A stretch of 64,000 nt of DNA from the human T2T-CHM13v2.0 reference genome, Homo sapiens. A program made the position numbers and the translations under genes. Positions within the stretch are counted from its first letter, which is position 1. Each line of letters starts with the position of its first letter. The notes beneath the pieces are model-generated. The model saw only the letters and a list, made by a program, of their open reading frames with translations. It had not been told where the DNA came from and made no database searches. The stretch lies in NCBI RefSeq assembly GCF_009914755.1, contig NC_060947.1; one strand, 5' to 3'. Positions 56,659-64,000 of the stretch are shown here, one piece after another.

Positions 56659-57152
56659 CTATGGGAAACACCACTCCGTGTTACCAACAAGCCATCAGAA
56701 AGTCAGTAAGTTATGACTTACCGACTCAGTTGTATGTTGGGAAATTAAGACAGAGGCTGTAGTCCACACAGAGACTGCGGGTCTCAGAAATAGCTACAGC
56801 AACACAGAGAGAAAGGGGCGATGAGGGCACCAGAAGGGAACAGGGAAAATCCCAGAGCACTGGGGGCTGCAGGTGACAAAGGACAAGCAAAACAACAGAA
56901 TCCCCGGAGTGGGAGCATTGTAAACTCAGGGAGGGCTCTAGCCTTCCTCCAGAGACCCAGGTGGGCTCTGGGACTTGGGCCATTTGGATGTTGAGTGCTC
57001 ATGGGAGGCTGGGGAACTTGGAGATGTTCAGGTCCTAAGTGCATGACACATCCAGCCAGATGGCTAGGCAGCCATTCACAATTTTGATTTCAAGCATTCC
57101 TAATTATGTAGAGGGATGTCAATGAGATATTGTGAAGTGAAAAAGAACAGAA

Positions 57153-57468
57153 GGTCAAGCACAATGGCTCACACCTGTAATCCCAGAACTTTGGGAAACT
57201 GAGGCAGGAGGCTCACTTAAGGCCAGGAGTTTGAGAGCAGCTTGGGCAACATACTGAGGCCCCGTCTCTGAAAAAAAAAAAAATTTTTTTTTAACTAGCC
57301 CGGCATGGTGGCTTGGGCCTGTAGTACTAACTACTCAAGGGGCAGAGGCAGGAGGATTGTTTGAGCCCAGGAATTTGAGGCTGCAGTAAGCCTTGTTGTG
57401 CTACTGTACTCCCCAGCCTGGATGATAGAGCAAGACCCTGTCTCAAATAAATAATTTTTTAAAAAAAA
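57153..57468 (+). mobile_element. AluJ-like element
   Basis: GGAGGATTGTTTGAGCCCAGGAATTTGAGGCTGCAGT; TSD GAAAAAGAACA. Confidence 0.9.
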
Positions 57469-57532
57469 GAAAAAGAACACAAAACAATATTAAGTTATGA
57501 CTTCAATTATTTTTTTTAAAGACTAGAAGGGA

Positions 57533-57821
57533 GGCTGGGCATGGTGGCTCACACCTGTAATCTCAACACTTGGGGAGGCCAAGGTGGGCAGATCAGGAGG
57601 TCAGGAGTTCGAGACCAGCCTGGCCAACATAGTGAAACCCCATCTCTACTAAAAATAGAAAAATTAGCCAGGTGGGCGCCTGTAATCCCAGCTACTTGGG
57701 AGGCTGAGGCAGAAGAATCACTGGAACCCAGGAGGTGGAGGTTGTGGTGAGCCGAGGTCACACCACTGCACTCCAGACTGGGCAACAGAGTGAGATTCTG
57801 TCTCAAAAAAAAAAAAAAAAA
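57533..57821 (+). mobile_element. AluS-like element
   Basis: Full dimer and poly-A; TSD AAAGACTAGAAGGGA. Confidence 0.94.
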
Positions 57822-57939
57822 AAAGACTAGAAGGGAATTCACCAAAACATTATTGGTGAATCTCACCCAGGTGGAAGCCATAAGAGGAGCCATTGTCAGC
57901 CAAGGGAGTCCAAGAGACCGCCATATTTGAATCACGGGT

Positions 57940-58311
57940 TATTATGGGCTGTATGTTTGTATCCCCCCCAAATTCATGTGTTTCAATCTAATCCCCAAGG
58001 TGATGGTATTAGAAGGTAGGAACCTTTGCGAGGTGATTAGGTCATGCGGGTGCAGCCTTCATGAATGAGATTAGTACCCCTGTAAAACAGACCCCCAAAA
58101 GTTCTCAAGCCCTCTTTCCCCCATGTCAGGATACAACATGAAGTCAAAATCAGCAGTCTGCCACCCTGAAGAGGGGCCTCACTAAAACCTGAACACACTG
58201 TCATCCTGATCTCAGACTTCCAGCCTCCAGAACTGTGAGAAATAAATTTCTCTAGTTTCTAAGCCACCCGGTCTATGGTACTTTGTTATAGCAGCCCAAA
58301 CTGACAAAGAC
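57940..58311 (+). mobile_element. MaLR solo LTR (MLT1A-like)
   Basis: TATGGGCTGTATGTTTGTATCCCCCCCAAATTCATGTGTT ... GACTTCCAGCCTCCAGAACTGTGAGAAATAAATTTC ... AAAGACA. Confidence 0.88.
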
Positions 58312-58778
58312 AGCCATCAGAAAAGTAGACATTTGCAAGGCACCTTCATTCACTACCATTCCAGAAATGGGAAGTTGTATGGCAAAGTCCCAGGATGTGA
58401 GAAGTCTAATGTGCTGGTCACAGGTGTCAGTTGTGATCAGATCCATACGGCTTATCAGAGCCCTCTGGCCACTGAGCGGAGGATGCATTATAGCGAGTTA
58501 GAAGATCAGAGAGAACAGCTGGAAGTTGATTACAGTCATCCAAGAGAGAGGTGACAAGGATCTGTACTCCTACTGAGGCAGTGGGGAAAGAAAGAAGCAG
58601 AGGATTCAAGACATATTGAGGTGGTGGAATCTAAGAAATTTGGTGACAAATTGGATGTAGATGAAAAAGAAGGTGGCCTGAAGGGGGTCTTCCAGGTATC
58701 AGGGAGGGCTTGCACCCCTGGGTGGAACAGGTGGACTAGAGAATGAGGAGGCCTAGCTCTAGGCACAGCTGTCACAAG

Positions 58779-58988
58779 GCCAGCACTATCACCTCTCCAT
58801 GCCTCTGCTCCCCTATGTCATTTGTTTTCCTAGGGGGCTGATCCCAGGTGTGAGGCAGTGAGGGATGGAGGGCAGCAAGGAAGGGCAAGGGAGTACCAGA
58901 CAACTACTGACAGCAGGCCATAGCTGAAAGGGCCCTTGGGGACCTTCCAGTCCAACCTCTTCATGGTACAGGTAAGGAAACAGAGGCC
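58779..58988 (-). repeat. Inverted duplication, copy A (partner 60731-60940)
   Basis: Reverse complement of 60731-60940; 199/210 identical by manual alignment, no gaps. Confidence 0.97.
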
Positions 58989-59131
58989 CTCATTCTTACA
59001 AGGTTGGTAGCAGGAAGGAAGCGTAGCTTTTCCCAACACCACAGATTAGGACAGTCTCAGGGAAGGACACTGATAAGCTGGCTTAGGCCACATGGTCACC
59101 CTTGTGGCCAAGCAGGCTGGATTTTTTACCC

Positions 59132-59717
59132 TGTAGGGGCTAAGGGAAAACTTCCCCTTCACCCTCTGAAGGTTTGCTGAAATATCAATTCACAAAAGGC
59201 AGGCTAACTGGCGGGGGAAAGGCATACAATTTATTCATGTGTACATGTGTAGACAGGGAGCATCACAGAGTGATTACCCAAGCCCACAATGGAGTGCAAA
59301 AGCTTTTATACCATCTTGAGGTTACAGAAAGAACGGGAGCTCCCTTGAGGCATGGCCAAAAACAGGTCATGGTGGTAAATCAGGTTACGGTGGCAGGACA
59401 CGTTATGGGAGGGGCAGAAGGGGAGGCCTGAGGAGCAAAGGTGGTCTCCTTAGGTAGATGAACCCTCACAGGTAGCAGCCCTCAGAGAGAATAGACGGTA
59501 AATGTTTCTTTCAGATCTTTAAGGTATGAGACTCTCAGCTCATCTTTCCCAGATCTTGACAAGGGAAGGCCTGGCTGCATCAATGCAGATTCTGCACAGA
59601 TGCAAATCGCCCCCACAAAAGACAGCTTTGCAGGGACACTTCTGTTTGCTGAGCCCCTGACAGCCGTCTCAAAATATGTCAAATATAATTGGGGGTAAAA
59701 TATTTTCATCTCCTTTA
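59132..59717 (-). mobile_element. ERV1 MER4-group solo LTR
   Basis: TGTAGGGGCTAAGGGAAAACTTCCCCTTCACCCTCTGAAGG ... CTCAAAATATGTCAAA...GGGGTAAAATATTTT; 4-bp TSD ACCC at 59128-59131 and 59718-59721. Confidence 0.88.
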
Positions 59718-59959
59718 ACCCAAAGAAGAAGGAAAATGAATCCCAAAAGGATCAAGACAATCATTATCACAGATTCTCTGGACTCTTAAAAATTAGAGTG
59801 AAGGTTAACTCTAAATGTGGACTTTGACCAATGCAACTTCACTGGTGTGTGTCCACAGAGAAAGAAGGTCATCCCATCCAAAAATGAAGTTAAAATATCA
59901 TGAAGTCCATTCTCCTGCATCCAAACTACCAGTCTATCACCTCTTCCTCAACTCAGGAA

Positions 59960-60160
59960 ATGATTAAGAGTATGGGCTTTTTTGAATTTGAATCTTAGTT
60001 CTGCCACTTACTAGCTTTGTGAACTGAATGAGTCATTTTACCTTTGGACTTCAGTTTCCCTAGAAAACTTCATAGGCTTGTTGTTTAGATTGAATGAGTT
60101 AATATTTGGAAGGTGCTAAGAACAGGGTCTAACATATAGTAAGTGCTATGCAAATGTTGT
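59960..60160 (+). mobile_element. MIR SINE
   Basis: GAATCTTAGTTCTGCCACTTACTAGCT ... AATGAGTTAATATTTGGAAGGTGCTAAGAACAG...ATAGTAAGTGCT. Confidence 0.8.
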
Positions 60161-60730
60161 CAAAGGTACGATTATGTCATTCCTCACTTAAAACCCCATG
60201 CTACTTCCTCTTCCTCCCAAGCTAACCTCCTCCATGAAGTCTTCCCTGCCTGTCCTTCCCTCAACTCCCAAGAGGCTGTGCTGTACTGTAGCTTACCTTC
60301 CTCTACATAGAAGTCTCCCTGAGGGAGGTCAGGGACTCTGTCAGAGCTCTTGCTTGGCTCCCAGCATTACAGCACAGTGCCTGCACAAAAGCAGGACCTT
60401 GGGAAATGGTGAATGCATGGATGTCTTATGTTTGAAGAACTTCTTGCACTTTACAAAGCGCTTTTCACTTCTGTTATCTCACTTAAACCACACTCTAGAC
60501 TTGTAGAATGGGTAATATTGCCTTCATTTTATAGATGGGGAAGCTAAGGTTTTGAAAAGTCAGGGGGCACAGCTAGCATATGGCAAGGCTGGGGTGCAAG
60601 CTCGGGGCTTCTGCTGTCAAAGCAAGTGGGAAGATAGCCCTGAGTGAAAGGTTACTGGAACCCAATTCCAATTCTGGTTTTTGCAGCTGGACTCGCTCTA
60701 TGATTTCAAATACATTCTTTTCCCTCTCCA

Positions 60731-60940
60731 GGCCTCTGTTTCCTTACCTGTACCATGAAGAGGTTGGACTGGAAGGTCCCCAAGGGCCCTTTCAGCTACG
60801 GCCTGCTGTCAGTAGTTGTCTGGTGCTCCCTTGCCCTTCCTCGCTGCCCCCCATCCCTCACTGCCTCACATCTGGGATCAGCCCCCTAGGAGAACAAATG
60901 ACACGGGGGAGCAGGGGCATGGAGAGGTGGCAGTGCTGGC
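60731..60940 (+). repeat. Inverted duplication, copy B (probable donor)
   Basis: Partner of 58779-58988; its first ~60 nt continue a MIR-like relic that extends upstream of 60731. Confidence 0.97.
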
Positions 60941-61310
60941 TGGGCCCCAGTGGAGGCTAAACTGTTAGAGGACTCATTAGATGGTAATGAACTGCAGTTG
61001 AGCATATTGATTACCTCTCAAATCATTTCCTCCTAATTCAGTTCTCCAGGGTCAACAGGCCCCTGGCTTCTCTGGGCTTTCCACCCATCCTCTAACTAAA
61101 TAGTCAAGGGCTTCATCTGAGGGCTGCCAAGCCCAAGGGGAGCAGGGTGGGAGGAGGGAAAATGCTAAGGTATAAGCCCCCATGTCTGTCTTACTGCCCC
61201 TTCAGCTTGCACTTGTATAGTCAGGGCCAGCCTCACAGATATGCCACCAGTGCAATCCACGGGGTCCCACACTTGCTTTAATGCTCTGCTGTTCTCACTT
61301 TGAAATTCCA

Positions 61311-61599
61311 TTTTTTTTTTTTTTAAGACAGGGTCTCATTCTGTCGCCCAAGCTGGAGCAGCATGATTTCGGCTCACTGCAGCCTTGATCTCCCGGGCTC
61401 TGTTGATCCTCACACCTCAGCTACCTGAGTAGCCAGGACTACAGGCATGTGACACCACGCCCAGGTAACTTTTATACTTTTTGTAGAGATGGAGTTTTGC
61501 TATGTTGCTCAGGCTGGTCTCAAATTCCTGGGCTCAAGCAATCCGCCTGCCTCAGCTCCCAAAGTGCTGGGATTACAGGCGTGAGCCACTGCACCTGGC
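61311..61599 (-). mobile_element. AluJ-like element
   Basis: Poly-T and reverse dimer (CTGGGCTCAAGCAATCC); TSD TGAAATTC. Confidence 0.92.
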
Positions 61600-61614
61600 T
61601 GAAATTCTTAGTAA

Positions 61615-61901
<287 letters not shown>

Positions 61902-62264
61902 TCTAATTTTTTTTTTTTTTTTTTTTTTTTTATCAAGAGGCCTTGCATTTTTATTTTGCACTGGGCCCTGCAAAGTATGTAGTAGATAGGTAGTCACAGG
62001 CCAGACTGTGGTCTGTGTAAGTGGCACCCACTAGAGTGTTCAAAATGGTAGCTCTGGCTGGGAGGGCCTCTCGAGCCCATAGAGTTTAGTCCCCTAGATT
62101 GATGCTCAAGATTGGAATACACTTGCCCAAGGCCACACAGTCCAGCCAGTCAGTGGCAGTGTTGAAGAGTAGAACCTAGACCGCCTTTCCTTTTCCTCCA
62201 GATATTAGGACCCTCCAAGTTTCTCTAGAATAAGCCCTTGGTCTAGATCACTCCCGTCACCGCT

Positions 62265-62642
62265 TTTAAATTTTTTTTTATTATTTCCATAGGTTTTTGG
62301 GGAACAGGTGGTGTTTGGTTACATGAGTAAATTCTTTAGTGGTGATTTGTGAGATTTTGGTGCATCTGTCTCCTGAGCAGTATCCACTACACCCAATTTG
62401 TAGTCTTTCATCCCTCACCTCCTCCCCACCCTTTCCCCCGAGTCCCCAAATTTCATTGTTGTCATTCTTACGCCTTTGCATCCTCATAACTTAGCTCTCA
62501 CTTACGAGTGAGAACATACGATGTTTGGTTTTCCATTCCTGAGTTACTTCACTTAGGATAATAGTCTCCAATCCCATTCCACGCGTCGCTTGCTTGATAG
62601 GCATTTGGGTTGGTTCCATATTTTTGCAATGGCAAATTGTGT
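62265..62642 (-). mobile_element. L1PB-like LINE-1 3' fragment
   Basis: CATAGGTTTTTGGGGAACAGGTGGTGTTTGGTTACATGAGTAAATTCTTTAGTGGTGATTTGTGAGATTTTGGTGCA; ORF fragment LETIILSEVTQEWKTKHRMFSL. Confidence 0.88.
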
Positions 62643-62645
62643 CAC

Positions 62646-62942
62646 TTTTTTTTTTTTTTTTGAGACAGAGTCTCGCTCTGTCACCCAGGCTGGAGTGCAG
62701 TGGTGTGCAATCTTGGCTCACTGCAACCTCCACCTCCCGGGTTCAAGCAATTCCCTGCCTCAGCCTCCCGAGTAGCTGGGATTACAGGCGCCTGCCACCA
62801 CACCTGACTAATTTTTGTATTTTTAGTAGAGACGGGGTTTCACCATCGTGGCCAGGCTGGTCTTGAACTCCTGACCTCGTGATGCACCCACCTCGGCCTC
62901 CCAAAGTGCTGGGATTACAGGTGTGAGCCACCGTGCCCAGCC
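62646..62942 (-). mobile_element. AluS-like element
   Basis: Poly-T, reverse dimer ending GTGCCCAGCC. Confidence 0.94.
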
Positions 62943-63784
62943 ATGTGACCCCTTTTTGACAAGTGATCTTTTAAGTGCTCAGAGCTGTAGATCATCAAGG
63001 AGCTTCAGCCCCCATCACAACTCTCATTGGATGCAATGGGCTCTGGTTTTCCTCCCAGGTCATTGCTCCCCTCTAGTGTGAGAGCTCATTGCCTCACATG
63101 GCAGACCATTCCATTGTGAGACACCTGTGACACATGTAACTTTTAGGAAAGCTCTTTAAGAAAATTATGTGAGTTTCCCTCCTTATAATAGTCACCCTTT
63201 GGCCCTAGTTATTTTCTTGAGGAACACTTAGAATTAAGTTGGCACCTTCTCCTCTCAAGACTCTCAGGTAGGCCAGCAGAACAGCTTTTCTGTAGGTGGG
63301 AAAATGATGGAGTTGATCTGTCCACCTTTAGTCCTATTAGCCCAAGGAATCAGGGTCTCCAATAAGGAGGCAGAGGAAGGGCATGACAAATGAGCACACT
63401 TGGCTTGCCGTGCTCCCAGGTGGGAGAGCACCCAAGGGTGTGGGCAGCCCCTGGCTGGGAGGTCAGTACTCTTTGAACATGAGAGCAAGGTAAGCTCTGG
63501 GGGTGCAAGGCTTCCCTGTTCTTTTGATTCTCTGCTAAATCCACCAGGGCTTGTTACAGAAATGAGTCCACAGGAGGAATGGTGATCATGCATGTGAATG
63601 CCCTGTAGGCCTCAGAATGGTTCTTAGAGAGAGGATGTATTTCAATTCCCTCTCTCTCCTGACTGAGGAAGAGCCTATGGGTTAGAATCACAAAAGGAGG
63701 TCTGTGGGTTAGACACCTGGAAGGACTGCCTGACTCCGAAGCCTGGGATGCATCTGATGAGTGCCCATAGAATGCTCTCTGGCC

Positions 63785-63960
63785 CTGGGGTGTTCAAGCT
63801 CAGCTGCACATTAGAATCAGAGGGGAGCTGTTTCAAAGTACCTGTACTCAGGCCCCATTCCCAGAGACTTGCATTTTTTCAGGCAGGGATATGGCCCAGG
63901 TATCAGCATTTTCAAATGGATCCCCAAGGGATTATAATGTGCAGCTGAGGCTAAAATCTA
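63785..63960. mobile_element. MER5-type hAT-Charlie relic (a second begins near 63972)
   Basis: TCAAGCTCAGCTGCACATTAGAATCA...CAGGCCCCATTCCCAGAG...TAATGTGCAGCTGAGGCT. Confidence 0.7.
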
Positions 63961-64000
63961 GTCATCTAGAGCAGGGCTTCTCCAACTTTAATGTAAAGAG

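Overview
Primate (human-like) non-coding genomic DNA. I find no protein-coding gene, RNA gene or CRISPR array. Most of the window is interspersed repeat: about 18 Alu copies or fragments, L1s of several ages, L2/MIR/CR1 relics, three MaLR LTRs, two MER4-group ERV1 solo LTRs and hAT DNA-transposon relics. The ORF track is almost entirely repeat-derived or chance. The most notable structures are: (1) an L1PA7/8-like LINE-1 (36979-42588, 12-bp TSD) whose internal deletion fuses ORF1 in frame to ORF2; (2) a twin-primed, 5'-inverted L1 only 126 bp upstream that shares unusual variants with it; (3) a gap-free 210-bp inverted duplication (58779-58988 / 60731-60940, 11 mismatches, all transitions); (4) a CpG-rich promoter-like island near 12.8-13.3 kb, plus unexpectedly retained CpGs in an ancient L1M fragment near 55.2-56.1 kb; (5) several repeat-free blocks with phased POU or homeodomain motifs that look like developmental enhancers. 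Subfamily names come from recalled consensus sequences, and boundaries of old repeats are approximate. I cannot assign the locus, and nothing here proves a new biological system.
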